A DNA stretch of 63,755 bases, filler included, from Octopus bimaculoides (GCF_001194135.2; 6 parts of 6 records of this genome joined end to end with filler, not necessarily neighbours in it), one strand, 5' to 3'. Positions 39,584 through 53,115 are shown, numbered from the whole stretch's first letter. Notes: generated by a model not told the origin, from the sequence alone. Numbers and translations are program-made.

Positions 39584-39812
39584 AAGGCGGTGAACTGGCA
39601 GACTTGTTAGCACGCCGGACAAAATGCTTGGCGGTATTTCGTCCGTCTTTGGGTTCTGAGTTCAACTTCCGCCGAGGACGACTTATTTTTCTTTTTTTCT
39701 TACTCTTTCAGGAAAGGGGAGTGGTTCGATAAAATAAGCCACAGTTGAGTATAAGAGTTGACTTAATCGACTTATCCCCTTCCCCAGATTTACTGGCAGT
39801 GTCAAAATTAGA
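39584..39812 (+). mobile_element. tRNA-derived SINE family A
   Basis: GGCGGTGAACTGGCAGACTTGTTAGCACGCCGGACAAAATGCTT...TTCTGAGTTCAACTTCCGCCGAGG...TCGATAAAATAAG...TTAATCGACTTATCCCC. Confidence 0.85.
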
Positions 39813-39905
39813 AAGGAATATTTAACTGTAAATATGTACACACTGCCATCTTCTTGCAGCCATACAGATATACACTTAGATATATATGTGTGTGTGTATC
39901 GATGA

Positions 39906-40246
39906 GTGTCCCAGCTGATCCGATCAACAGGACAGCTGGCTCGTGAAATTAACTTGCAAGTGGCTGAGCATTCCACAGACACGTGTGTACCCCTAACGTA
40001 GTTCTCGGGGAGATTCAGCGTGACACAGTGTGACAAGGCTGGCCCTTTGAAATACAGGTGCAACAGAAACAGGAAGAAAGAGTGAGTGAAAGTTGTGGTG
40101 AAAGAGTAGAGCAGGGTTTGCCACAACCCCCTCCCGGAGCTTCGTGAATTTTTAGGTGTTTTCGCTCAATAAACACTCAGAACGCCCGGTCTGGGAATCG
40201 AAACCGTGATCCTACGACCGCGAGTCCGCTGCCCTAACCACTGGGC
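39906..40246 (-). mobile_element. tRNA-derived SINE: head C + tail X, near full length
   Basis: Reverse complement GCCCAGTGGTTAGGGCAGCGGACTCGCGG...GGTTTCGATTCCCAGACCGGGCG (A and B boxes). The tail GTATTTCAAAGGGCCAGCCTTGTCACAC...GCTCAGCCACTTGCAAGTTAATTTCACGAGC is shared with 52011 and 61318. Confidence 0.9.
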
Positions 40247-40422
40247 ACACACACACATACATATGTGCATATACATACATACATACATACATACGGTAAC
40301 TGTATATATACATATATATAGTCGGACAAAAATGTATATATATATGTATATATATATATATATATACACACATATATACATATATAGGTATAATACTATA
40401 TATATTATATATGTATATATAT

Positions 40423-40513
<91 letters not shown>

Positions 40514-40627
40514 NNNNNNNNNNNNNNNNNNNNNNNNNNNNNNNNNNNNNNNNNNNNNNNNNNNNNNNNNNNNNNNNNNNNNNNNNNNNNNNNNNNNNNN
40601 NNNNNNNNNNNNNNNNNNNNNNNNNNN

Positions 40628-40683
<56 letters not shown>

Positions 40684-41273
40684 CGCTGTACGTATGAATA
40701 TGAAAACGGAAGGAGTGTAGAGAAAACGTCTGTTAATATAATTGAGTGCGTGTATACGTCGCTGGCCGCAACCACTAACGTTACGTTACATTACAACACA
40801 AACGAGAACAACATCAACAGTAGCATCAACAAGAGTAACCATCACTATGACAACGACAATAACAACAAGCCAACGGGTGGGCCTAGATGCTACAGCTCGA
40901 CCTTTTAGAAATAGCAGCTAAAGTTAGCACGAATCCCAGGCAGCGATTTTATTAAAGGAACACATTCGATGATAGATATAGTCTCAGTTTGAGATGGCCA
41001 TGCCCGGAACGCTTTTGATCTGCTCGATGTGACCAGCCTAAGGTTAAACAAGAACAACGATGGCACCACAACCGCCTCGGCACCAGCAACAACAGAAAAA
41101 GTTTTAAAAAAGCGTAAATCTTTAAACACACACATAGATATATATATATACACACAAACACATGTATAGGTACATATGTATATATATATATATTTATACA
41201 TATACATACATACATATATATATACATACATACATATATATATATACATACATATATACAAAAACATATATAT

Positions 41274-41314
<41 letters not shown>

Positions 41315-41414
41315 NNNNNNNNNNNNNNNNNNNNNNNNNNNNNNNNNNNNNNNNNNNNTTAATTAATTAANNNNNNNNNNNNNNNNNNNNNNNNNNNNNN
41401 NNNNNNNNNNNNNN

Positions 41415-41492
<78 letters not shown>

Positions 41493-41599
41493 CTGGAAAT
41501 CAATAGGTTTGACATAAGTAAATTTATATTAAAAACAAAATGAGAAAATACTTTGAGAAATTTATCAAAAGAAAGTATGAAATTATTTACGTTTCTCTT

Positions 41600-41990
41600 T
41601 ACAAATCACTGGAAAATACATTAAGAAATACCAAACTATGTAATAGCAACAGAACCAACCTTTGAAATATTTGGAAGGTCTATGTTTTATATGTGAGAAA
41701 GATCAGAAAAGCGTCTTAAATAGAAGCAAGTCTTCGACATAAGAAACTATATGTATCCGAAAGAAACTTGTATTCAGTAACACCAAGGAAATGTGGAGAA
41801 ATTTACATCTTGAAGACAATGCATGACTCAGCATAGATCACAAATTAGAAAACTGTAGTCCAAACAAATAGGATTCAGTGGACATATAGATACATGTGCC
41901 AGTAAGCATCAACCTAATTTTATAATCTTCCATTTTTATCAATTTAACGAAGTTATATCATAACAGCAACACATGAACAAATAAACATTC
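41600..41990 (+). mobile_element. Penelope-like element GIY-YIG endonuclease relic
   Basis: Frameshifted translation ...KCGEIYI...LRQCMTQHRSQIRKL*SKQIGFSGHIDTCASKHQPNFIIFHFYQF resembles the PLE pattern CG..YIG.T..LR.RM..HR.QIR...SGH.D.CA...PNF.IFPFY. Confidence 0.5.
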
Positions 41991-42837
41991 TTGACTAAAT
42001 ATTGACTATTTCTTAACGATTGTAGTAAAATCTCGATCATTGCAGTTAGTTCAATGCAAGTAAAGATTATGTGCGAGAAGCTGATAGGTGAGTGGAGTGC
42101 GAATGCCTCACAAAATCTCTCAGGCATTTCCAACTGTTTGAAGGCTTTGCCTCAATTTCCTAAATACACCAATGTGAACTTGGTCAAATCGCTGTGAATC
42201 ATCCAAGTTATTATTAGATACTACTTTNNNNNNNNNNNNNNNNNNNNNNNNNNNNNNNNNNNNNNNNNNNNNNNNNNNNNNNNNNNNNNNNNNNNNNNNN
42301 NNNNNNNNNNNNNNNNNNNNNNNNNNNNNNNNNNNNNNNNNNNNNNNNNNNNNNNNNNNNNNNNNNNNNNNNNNNNNNNNNNNNNNNNNNNNNNNNNNNN
42401 NNNNNNNNNNNNNNNNNNNNNNNNNNNNNNNNNNNNNNNNNNNNNNNNNNNNNNNNNNNNNNNNNNNNNNNNNNNNNNNNNNNNNNNNNNNNNNNNNNNN
42501 NNNNNNNNNNNNNNNNNNNNNNNNNNNNNNNNNNNNNNNNNNNNNNNNNNNNNNNNNNNNNNNNNNNNNNNNNNNNNNNNNNNNNNNNNNNNNNNNNNNN
42601 NNNNNNNNNNNNNNNNNNNNNNNNNNNNNNNNNNNNNNNNNNNNNNNNNNNNNNNNNNNNNNNNNNNNNNNNNNNNNNNNNNNNNNNNNNNNNNNNNNNN
42701 NNNNNNNNNNNNNNNNNNNNNNNNNNNNNNNNNNNNNNNNNNNNNNNNNNNNNNNNNNNNNNNNNNNNNNNNNNNNNNNNNNNNNNNNNNNNNNNNNNNN
42801 NNNNNNNNNNNNNNNNAGAGAGACGGCATTGCAACAA

Positions 42838-44255
42838 ACCTAGAATTTGGTCTGCATGGTTTGTGGCACCAGTCGGACAGGGGACTGTGTATTGCGAAAG
42901 CCGATTTCAGCTGAGGAAGTGGCAGATGTACTGATCTGCTGTGTGGGACGCAAATCACAGGGAATGCATGAACTGCCTTATGAGCTATATTTTTACATGC
43001 AAGACTTGTTTGCTCCTCTCTTGGCAGGCAGCTGTCTAATACATCTTAAAACAAACTGGGTGAATTTCCATTCGAGTGAGTCAGGGAGTAGTGGCACTTC
43101 TGAGGAAGAACCCGAACGAAGGAAACGTGATTGTAAATTTCAGGTCCACAACTCAGCTTAACACGAGGTTAATGATTTTAAGTAAGGTACTTGCTACGAG
43201 GCCGGCGATTGTTATTTATAGCGTAATCGCAGACGTGGAAACCCGTACGTTCCCTGGCGTACCCATCCACAACAACTTCCATTTCATTCGGTACATCGCA
43301 GAATGTGTCAGGAATAGAAATAGCTCTGCGAAACCACTGGTCGATTGGAATCGATCCAAGGTATTTGATAGGATAGGCCATAGCTATCTGACTGCTATCC
43401 TAAGCGCAGTCGGTTTGGGTCCAGTTTTCAGAGGCTGGGTCACCACAATGCACAACAGTATCTGCTTTGTGATCAAATTAAAGGGCCTCTCTCGAAATCT
43501 TTCAGCATGGAACGCTCGGTCTTCCAAGGATGCCCTCTCTCCCCGCTCTTACATATTTTCTTGTTGGAGGCTTGGTTGCGTAACAAGATACTTTGGTGGG
43601 GTAACCCGTTGGAATTAGGTTACAGGAAAGTCATATCTACTCACTGTCGTTGTTTTGGATACATCGGATATAAAAGCGATCGATATAATGTTGAAAGAAT
43701 GTTCTTTATGTACAGAATCACACATAAACCAAGATAAATCAGTGTGTTTGCAACTTGGCTCTTGGACAGGTAAGTCCATGTTAGCAGCGACAATTTCTGT
43801 TGCTGGATAAGTGTCCAGTAAAAATGTTCGGAATCGGGTGCAGACCAGATCTTTAGGCGGATAGGAACATTGTAGAGATCAGAAGCAGTATTCAAATTCG
43901 CAGTGAAATGGGCTGAAAGCAAGTTGCCTTAGAAAGGCCGGAGGTAAGTGTCGAATGCATACATCATACTACTGCCTGACCTTTGCACCTTATACAAAGA
44001 AAACCTCTAACACGATTAGAACGCTTGCTTTTCCGATTCGTATGGAAGGGTCAGGTTCCACTGGTAAGAAAATTCTAACGTATTTCATGGTGGTGTCGGC
44101 AAGCCATTTCTAATGTTGGGATGGCATGCACTGAAGTAGACACCCCTGCAGAAATACCTAGGTTATTGCAATAGTGTCAACGACAATGACGGAATCATGG
44201 GAGGGCGAACTGGTGTAGGATTCTTCGTGTGACACGTCTTTCTGCGTCTCATTTC
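42838..44255 (+). mobile_element. L1/Tx1-clade ORF2 reverse transcriptase, decayed
   Basis: KPISAEEVADVL..GRKSQGMHELPYELY, GVVALLRKNPN, NFRSTTQLNTRLMILSKVLATR, PIHNNFHFIRY, SKVFDRIGHSYL, SVFQGCPLSPLL, LQLGSW and RLERLLFRFVWKG occur in the canonical RT motif order. Many frameshifts; the 5' part is lost in an N-gap. Confidence 0.85.
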
Positions 44256-44289
44256 CTTCTTTGTACTACATTTATGGGCCAAACGTAGA

Positions 44290-44990
44290 CCAGTATTTGG
44301 CATCTAAAATGTTGCCAAAGTTTTTCTCTCCTTAGTTGCTGTGGCGCGATGAGGCTGTATGGGGCAGCCGTGGCAGCTTCCTTCTGCTGGTACCTTTTAA
44401 TGCTGACAATCTTCTTACTTCTTTACTCATTACTTCCTGCAACTCATCTAAATTCTTTTGATCTTCCTCACTTAGATCACTTAAATTGCTGATGACTGTT
44501 TTTTTTCTTTCTTATTGGTTGTGCTATTATTATCTTTTACTTTAAGTTCTTCTTTGGGTTCAGCTGTATCTCATGTTGTTATTTGTCTTTCCTACTGCCT
44601 GGTCTTTCCTTTCCAGTTCACTTTTGATCTCCTCCGCCTCCAATGCTGTCATCCACTTTCTTCTAATAGCATTAGCTTCATCCACTAGTCTCTACTCAGT
44701 CACTTTAAATATGCCCTTTTCTACCCAAAGTATTAACACCCGTTTTCTATAGCCCCCTTCTTTACGTTCACCTTCTAAGTAGCACTGCAACACTATCCTG
44801 CTTTCTTCGCTGGTCCAGTTCTCCTCCCTGCTCTGTAATTTACTGATGCTGTATTAGGATAACAACTGTGATCAACCAGCATCTTTTCTGAACCACTGCC
44901 GAGCGAGAGGCGTTCTCTTAAAGATCCAACCTCATTTTTTTCTGTCACATCCAGATTTTCTGCGAAAACTCCTGTCTCTCATAAACTGAG
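44290..44990 (-). mobile_element. R4/Dong-like RLE element, N-terminal (Myb-like) region
   Basis: Minus strand gives ENWTSEESRIVLQCYLEGERKEGGYRKRVLILWVEKGIFKVTE*RLVDEANAIRRKWMTALEAEEIKSEL...EEDQKNLDELQEVMSKEVRRLSALKGTSRRKL, matching the R4/Dong N-terminus (W..EE..V..CY...GYRKR...W..KG.F...EQRL.DQ). Confidence 0.7.
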
Positions 44991-45324
44991 TTAAGATGAC
45001 TTTCGTCACCATCGTCATCACCACTATTATTTTTCGACAACTGATTGCTTCAAGTAACTATCTATTGATTGGTTTTGTTATGGGTGAGTCTTTACAGCGT
45101 TTACTTTTTCGCCCATGGAATGTGTTGATGTTTCTTTCGTGTTTATAATTATTATTGATGTATAAGCGAGAGACCGCGAAGAAACAGTAATGTGCATATA
45201 TAGAGAGGGACTGTATAGATATGGATTGATGCATATGTGATTAACATTTGATTAAAGTTTTACTCACAGATTTTCAGCATTTTATAGAGGTATTACATTT
45301 TCAGGCATTTGTTATTGTCATTTT

Positions 45325-45480
<156 letters not shown>

Positions 45481-46070
45481 ATCTTGAATTTTGCTTTGTA
45501 TTTGCACAAGTTGGTTCCAAGTCTCACCCAGAGACCTCAAGAGACAACAAGTTAGAAGGTCATGTTGGTGTTATGCCTAAGATGTCAGATTTGGTTTTGC
45601 ACATACTATTGTTCTAGAGAATGTTTTATAAAATATAAGAAAATTAGAAGTTTGTTTTAACATCTGAGATTACATAGACAGTATTTTACGTAGGATATGG
45701 GCTGTTCTCATGAGCACTATCTTTTGAATTTCAGCCATTTTGGGATTTCCTGATGTCTGAGCTCCGTAGCAATCAGCTCCTTTTGCTATAATTCCTGGGG
45801 CACCGATGACAACAGGCATTGTTTTAGTCTTGAGGTTCTACATTTTGCCAATTTCTATTTCAAGATCTTTATACTTGCTCATTTTTGGTAGGTCTTGACA
45901 GATACATTTATATCGATTGGGACCTCATATCAATGAGGAGGCATGGTTTTTATCTGAAGTTTTTCAATATAATGTCTGCCTATTTGCATCTATCTTTCTG
46001 TCATGTTAAATGGTGAAGTTCCAGAGGAGTGAGATGTGACCATTTTCAAGCACTGGAGGTAGTTTGCCTA
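45481..46070 (-). mobile_element. R4/Dong-like RLE 3' end (endonuclease domain + 3' UTR), copy B
   Basis: Minus strand gives PVLENGHISLLWNFTI*HDRKIDANR..., KYKDLEIEIGKM*NLKTKTMPVVIGAPGIIAKG and EIQKIVLMRTAHILRKILSM*, then about 180 bp of UTR into (TAA)n. Confidence 0.85.
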
Positions 46071-46074
46071 GTAG

Positions 46075-46720
46075 TTTGCCTAGTAGTGCAATTTTCTGTA
46101 TGTTATATATATTTGTAAGTCCTGGTGTTTTTGTTATGTATTTGTCTGAATATTTTTTTTATTATACCTAAGGCACCTACTATGATAGGAATTGTTTCTG
46201 TTTTTAGATTCCACATTCGAGTTACCTCTATTTCCAGGTCTTTGTATTTTGAAAGTTTTTCCATTTCTTTTAGAGAAACGTTGTCATCTGCTGGTATTGA
46301 TACATCAATTAGAAAGCATTTTTGTTCTTCATGATCTTTGACAACTATATCTGGTCTATTTGCCTTAATTTCTCTATCTGTGTGTATTNNNNNNNNNNTA
46401 CCATCTTTTTTCTGTTGTAATTCCATAGTGTTGGCATAGCTTCCAGTGTATATAGGTCCCAGCTCTGTCGTGTCTGTGAATATATTCCTTCTTAGCCAGG
46501 ACTGGGCAGCCAGAGATAATATGATTTATTGTTTATTGTCCGTCTCCACATATTCTACAGTTACTTGTTATGTTTCTTTTCATTATACGCTTTTGGTAAT
46601 TTCTGGTGGGGAGGCTTTGGTCTTGTGCAGCAATTAAAAATCCTTCAGTCTCTGCTTTGAGTCTTGAGCTTCTCAGCCATTGCTGGGATTTTTCTCTGTC
46701 TATTTCTTTTTCTGTCTATT
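46075..46720 (-). mobile_element. R4/Dong-like RLE 3' part (CCHC knuckle + endonuclease), copy A, 5'-truncated
   Basis: Minus strand gives QWLRSSRLKAETEGFLIAAQDQSLPTRNYQK, CRICGDGQ*TINHIISGCPVLAKKEYIHRHD...HWKLC and ANRPDIVVKDHEEQKCFLIDVSIPADDNVSLKEMEKLSKYKDLEIEVTRMWNLKTETIPIIVGALG. Confidence 0.9.
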
Positions 46721-46879
<159 letters not shown>

Positions 46880-47182
46880 GCCACCATACTGCAAAGTCAG
46901 GAAAAATTTGAAGCTCCGTAAATTGAAATAGTCTTTGTAATCTTTTCGGCCTTCTAAGGCCCCGTATTTTCATTTTTTTTATTAACAATACACTTCTGAA
47001 ATTGTTTGAACTGCGCCGATAGTATTTTTACCTAGAAAAACCCACTATTTTGCAGGGGATGCGCATCAATAATTTTTTAAATTTAACTAACTGAGGTAAA
47101 AGCAAATATTTTGCAATTATTTTTTTTTTGAAAGATGTCTGATAAATAAGCCATCATAATATTCGACATCGGCGCGCGTTCC

Positions 47183-48697
47183 TTGGCAGAGAAGAAAGAG
47201 AGGAAAGATACACTTAATAACGTCACCGAGGCGAATAGTGTTTCGTCTCTAAGCAACGTCAAAACATTCGGTGAAGACAGCGACAATAACAACAACAGCA
47301 ACAGCAGCTACAGTGACGACGACAACAACAACAACAAAAACAACGATACACAAGAAGTAAATCTTAGAAACACGGATATCATTTCTACCACCACCGCTAA
47401 AACTGCCTCCGCTGCAATTTCTTTTGCGACTGCTGCAATAAATTTGGAGGATATTTGCATAGATGTAGAAGATTTTAAAATGGCAAAAAAAATTGCTTCG
47501 AGGAATGAGAGAGGAGTACTCCTAAACCTTCCATCCAATGTGATGGAGAATATTTTGAGTTTCGCGGTCACATACCGCTGCAATGGAGTTAAATCCAACC
47601 GGGTGGAAAATGCTACGGAGAGCTAAATACAAAAACGTCTCGGGCGCATGTACGAACAGAGAGTCAACATCACTGGAGGAAAGAAGTTTGGAACTACTGA
47701 GGCGAAATTTGGTACGGATGAAGAATCCAGGTGTCATTCCATGATCTCTTTGAGTAATGACAGCTACATTAATCACAAACTCTCATGGTAAGTGCCTTGC
47801 AAGGGTTACATTGTTGAATGTGCAGCCAGAAATATCCATCAACTGGTTAGTGGCGACCGTCGTAACAGGTTTAGAAAAAGACGAAGTGTCAGTCTTGGAG
47901 GCCAAGAAAATACCTAGGTAAAACTGGTCAGGTAAAGGTATGGAACTGATGTTACAAGATAAGCAAGGCAATATCGATTAGCTACCCGATCTTATCGATC
48001 TTTATGATGGTACTCAGGTGTCATTGTTAGCGGTGGGTAGAAAGCCAGGGTGTCACATGTGTGGATCTGTGACTCACTTAAAGCCTTTCCACCCTGAAAC
48101 AAGAAAAGCTAAACTTCCACTGCTGCCAAACTACAAACACTACAAACGCAAAATCATGAACAAGTCCTCAAGATTCCTACACCCACACCCACGACCACAA
48201 CGACTCCCAAGCCAAGCGAATGAAAGAGTCTACACCCCGGTTGCCACAGAAAAGCAAGCTTCTCTTGAATGCCCTGCCTCCCAAACCAATATTGACTGCA
48301 ATGAAATAGAGAAAGAAGAGTTGAATGAAAAATGGATCACAGTAGGCGATAGGGGAAGAGTGTACATAGCCCTGCTCCAAGAAATCAACAAAAAGAAACA
48401 GAGAATCCACAACTACAGCACGATTCACAACCCTTCAAAAACAACATCATCAACAGCATGAAATCACAGAAACACAGAAAGAGCAAATTACGGGACATCA
48501 AAAACAAGATTATTCCTCAGACTGTAGACGATATGTATCCATCCATTTCATTGTTTTGATCAAGTACAACAGTGAAATGATGGATTTTGTAAGTCAAAAT
48601 AAAAATAAAATAGAGACAGAGAGAAAGGAATTTGAGGATTTCATCCACAAAACTCTCAAAAGAAAGACACTCAGTTTAAACGTCGTCAGACGTTTAT
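47183..48697 (+). mobile_element. Decayed ORF1 (gag-like) of a non-LTR retrotransposon, probably L1/Tx1-type
   Basis: About 1.5 kb of broken ORFs in the same orientation: Asn/Ser-rich N-terminus, KFGTTEAKF, ARVTLLNVQPEISINWLVA, LPDLIDLYDGTQVSLLAVGRKPGCHMCGSVTHLKPFHP (a decayed C-x2-C-x4-H-x4-C knuckle), and a basic low-complexity tail. Confidence 0.55.
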
Positions 48698-48872
48698 NNN
48701 NNNNNNNNNNNNNNNNNNNNNNNNNNNNNNNNNNNNNNNNNTTAATTAATTAANNNNNNNNNNNNNNNNNNNNNNNNNNNNNNNNNNNNNNNNNNNNGTG
48801 GTGTGTCTGGAGTTTGGCAAGTATATTTGTTTCGTTATGGGTTCTGTATAAGTAAATATCTAATTATGCCTT

Positions 48873-49268
48873 TGCATGGCTGAGTGGTTAAGTAGTTCGC
48901 TTTGTAACCACATGGTTTCGGGTTCGGTCCTACTGTGTGGTAACGTGGATAAATGTCTTCTACTATAATCCAGGGCTGACCAATACCTTGTGAGTGAATT
49001 TGGTAAACGGTAAGTCCGTGGTATACATGTGTGTGTGTGTGTACGTGCGTGTATGTGTGTGAGTCTTTCTGTGTATTCCCTCATCGATTTATAACCAGTG
49101 TTGCTTTGTTTACGTCCCTGTCACATTGCGGTCCGGCGAAATAGTTCGATAGAATAAATACATGATTGAAAACTAAGTACTTGAATCGATTTGTTCTTCT
49201 TAACCCTTGAAGATAGTGCGCCGCCATAGTCGCAATCCAAGGAGTGAAATGAGAACAAGAATAAAAGA
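48873..49268 (+). mobile_element. tRNA-derived SINE family B, long form
   Basis: GCATGGCTGAGTGGTTAAG...GGTTCGGTCCTAC...AAATGTCTTCTACTAT...CCTTGTGAGTGAATTTGGTAAACGG. The 3' segment GATAGAATAA...AATAAAAGAAT resembles the 3' part of the 20356 copy. Confidence 0.75.
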
Positions 49269-50812
49269 ATACATGAATGCATGTATGTTTTGTCTATACA
49301 GGAGTACTTTAACGTCCTACGTATTGTATATATGTGTATATACTTATATATATATATATATATATATANNNNNNNNNNNNNNNNNNNNNNNNNNNNNNNN
49401 NNNNNNNNNNNNNNNNNNNNNNNNNNNNNNNNNNNNNNNNNNNNNNNNNNNNNNNNNNNNNNNNNNNNNNNNNNNNNNNNNNNNNNNNNNNNNNNNNNNN
49501 NNNNNNNNNNNNNNNNNNNNNNNNNNNNNNNNNNNNNNNNNNNNNNNNNNNNNNNNNNNNNNNNNNNNNNNNNNNNNNNNNNNNNNNNNNNNNNNNNNNN
49601 NNNNNNNNNNNNNNNNNNNNNNNNNNNNNNNNNNNNNNNNNNNNNNNNNNNNNNNNNNNNNNNNNNNNNNNNNNNNNNNNNNNNNNNNNNNNNNNNNNNN
49701 NNNNNNNNNNNNNNNNNNNNNNNNNNNNNNNNNNNNNNNNNNNNNNNNNNNNNNNNNNNNNNNNNNNNNNNNNNNNNNNNNNNNNNNNNNNNNNNNNNNN
49801 NNNNNNNNNNNNNNNNNNNNNNNNNNNNNNNNNNNNNNNNNNNNNNNNNNNNNNNNNNNNNNNNNNNNNNNNNNNNNNNNNNNNNNNNNNNNNNNNNNNN
49901 NNNNNNNNNNNNNNNNNNNNNNNNNNNNNNNNNNNNNNNNNNNNNNNNNNNNNNNNNNNNNNNNNNNNNNNNNNNNNNNNNNNNNNNNNNNNNNNNNNNN
50001 NNNNNNNNNNNNNNNNNNNNNNNNNNNNNNNNNNNNNNNNNNNNNNNNNNNNNNNNNNNNNNNNNNNNNNNNNNNNNNNNNNNNNNNNNNNNNNNNNNNN
50101 NNNNNNNNNNNNNNNNNNNNNNNNNNNNNNNNNNNNNNNNNNNNNNNNNNNNNNNNNNNNNNNNNNNNNNNNNNNNNNNNNNNNNNNNNNNNNNNNNNNN
50201 NNNNNNNNNNNNNNNNNNNNNNNNNNNNNNNNNNNNNNATTGCAAACAAAACGTAGACAAGAAAATAATGATAATCAGAGTACAGAAAACACACAAGCCA
50301 CATTGAGAACATTTTCCTTCATCAGCTACCCCCGTTTTAACACCGGCGTTTCGAAGAGCTGTTTAGGACGCATCGTTAAAACGGCTCTTCCCATGGACCG
50401 CAAGTTAAATTTGTATACACAAATTAAACCTGTGCCATGGAGGAATGTAGTGGCGGACAAAAAAACAAGACAGGAAAACAAACGGAAAAGGCTATACGGC
50501 CAGACGGGAAAAATCATGTGTGTATGAACGCTGTGAGGCACGAACTTGAAAGTGGGTACGAAGTAAGTTCACGTGTTTGCTCGGCGATAGCCGAGGAAGA
50601 AAAGGATTATTGACCGAAAGCATGTGACCATGCCGGTGTAAGGGGGAGAGAGAGAGAGAGTGGTAAAGGGAGAAACAAAGGGAGGAAGTAGAAGAATAGG
50701 TGAGCAACGAGAGGAAAAGAGGAAGAGAGGAAGTACGAGGGGGGAAAAAAGAGATACGTAGTAGTAACAGAGGAAGAACGAGAGGGGTAAAGACAGATAC
50801 GTAGTAGTAAAC

Positions 50813-50844
<32 letters not shown>

Positions 50845-52010
50845 TATGCGACATTGTATACTGAAGAGGAGAATTGAACCGTTTACATGATTTTTCTTCA
50901 TATTTGACCTTCATCTGTCGTATAGTTCTAATGAAGATAACATCCATATACCTGTTCTATAGTTTAACTATCTATTTATATAACTTTTAAACTACATTTG
51001 AGTATATATGCTTATATAGATTTTTTTAGCACATTGCTATGTATATATGTGTATGCTTCTGAGTATACGTATATATTTTATTAGTAAGGCTGTGTGTGTG
51101 TGAATGTATGTCTATGTGTGTGTGTCTCTCTGTCTGTGTGTTTGTGTGCATATGTCTGTGTATGCGTTTGTGTGTATGTGCGTGTGTGCGCGCGTGTGAC
51201 TGTGCGTGTGTGCGCGCGTGTGACTGTGCGTGCGCGCGCCATACACTCTGATGCAAATTCCAGAAAAGAAATAGCTCACGCAACCACATACTCAACCACA
51301 CTAACACACACAGCCTCACGAACACACGCACATACACACACACATATAGATTCATGCATGCATACATACTAAGCATACACACATACGCACACACATATGC
51401 ATATATATATATATATATANNNNNNNNNNNNNNNNNNNNNNNNNNNNNNNNNNNNNNNNNNNNNNNNNNNNNNNNNNNNNNNNNNNNNNNNNNNNNNNNN
51501 NNNNNNNNNNNNNNNNNNNNNNNNNNNNNNNNNNNNNNNNNNNNNNNNNNNNNNNNNNNNNNNNNNNNNNNNNNNNNNNNNNNNNNNNNNNNNNNNNNNN
51601 NNNNNNNNNNNNNNNNNNNNNNNNNNNNNNNNNNNNNNNNNNNNNNNNNNNNNNNNNNNNNNNNNNNNNNNNNNNNNNNNNNNNNNNNNNNNNNNNNNNN
51701 NNNNNNNNNNNNNNNNNNNNNNNNNNNNNNNNNNNNNNNNNNNNNNNNNNNNNNNNNNNNNNNNNNNNNNNNNNNNNNNNNNNNNNNNNNNNNNNNNNNN
51801 NNNNNNNNNNNNNNNNNNNNNNNNNNNNNNNNNNNNNNNNNNNNNNNNNNNNNNNNNNNNNNNNNNNNNNNNNNNNNNNNNNNNNNNNNNNNNNNNNNNN
51901 NNNNNNNNNNNNNNNNNNNNNNNNNNNNNNNNNNNNNNNNNNNNNNNNNNNNNNNNNNNNNNNNNNNNNNNNNNNNNNNNNNNNNNNNNNNNNNNNNNNN
52001 NNNNNNNNNN

Positions 52011-52308
52011 GTGGCTGAGCACTCCACAGACACGTGTATCCTTAACGTAGTTCTCAGGGATATTCAGCGTGACACAGTGTGACAAGGCTGACCCTTTGAA
52101 TTTACAGATACAACAGAAACAGGAAGAAAGAGTGAGAGAAAGTTGTGGTGGAAGAGTACAGCAGGGTTCGCCACCATCCCCTGCCGGAGCCTCGTGGAGC
52201 TTTAGGTGTTTTCGCTCAATAAACACTCACAACGCCCGGTCTGGGAATCGAGACCGCGATCCTATGGCCGCCAGTCCGCTGCCCTAACCATTGCGCCATT
52301 GCGCCTCC
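52011..52308 (-). mobile_element. tRNA-derived SINE: head C + tail X (3' end lost in N-gap)
   Basis: Close match to 39960-40246; head begins GGAGGCGCAATGGCGCAATGGTTAGGGCAGCGGACT. Confidence 0.9.
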
Positions 52309-53115
52309 ACGATAGTTTATGTTAGCTAGTTGATATCGTGCAACCTTTGTGTTTTTCATAATATACTTTTAATTCTTTAATAACAATGTATAACCAATAC
52401 TCTGCTTTGTTGCTTTCACGATGACGGTGAAATCTTAGTTACAACATCTCGAAGTGTTCTGATAGAATATGCATTCATACGAATGTGTTCTTTTACGTGG
52501 TTGGTCAGTTTGTTGAACAACTGCTGTTGCAAATTACAACACATTCGTTACATGCTATTTTGTACACTGCGTACACCTGTAAACACATAACCATATCGTT
52601 CATAGGGATGTTGGCTAATGTTCATGTATAGTTGATATGTGGGACTGACATAACGTCAAAATCTTTCTTGCAGAAGGCCAAGCTCTCTCACCTGCTGGAT
52701 ACTTAATATGTCCTGCACAGATCTCCTCCAGTATGTAGCAGGGATTTTGTCGTTAAAATGCGGAAGATTAAGAAGTCGAGTGATGCTTCTAGAGGTGTTA
52801 ACTTTCGTTGTGGAATTATTATGCAAACGATATTTTGTATATGATACTACATAGACGTTCGCTTCAGTAAACTTTCGTTCGACTTTGTGTTTCAAGATAT
52901 ATCATCTCCGCTGCTGTGTCTTTTATATATAAGTGTGATTTCATTCTACTGGCAAAAGAGATTATCAGTTGTTTGCGGGGTTGATCCGTAATATATATAC
53001 ACACATACATATATAGATATATATACATGTATGTGCGCGTGCATGCATTCATGCATGAATATACATACATATACATATTAATATACATATGTATGCGCGT
53101 GTGTATATAGATAGA

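Noticed and set aside
40170-40246. tRNA-like cloverleaf sequences at SINE heads (also near 28100, 32490, 52230, 61590)
   Set aside because: They continue directly into SINE bodies and lack an intact acceptor stem; they are SINE promoters, not tRNA genes.
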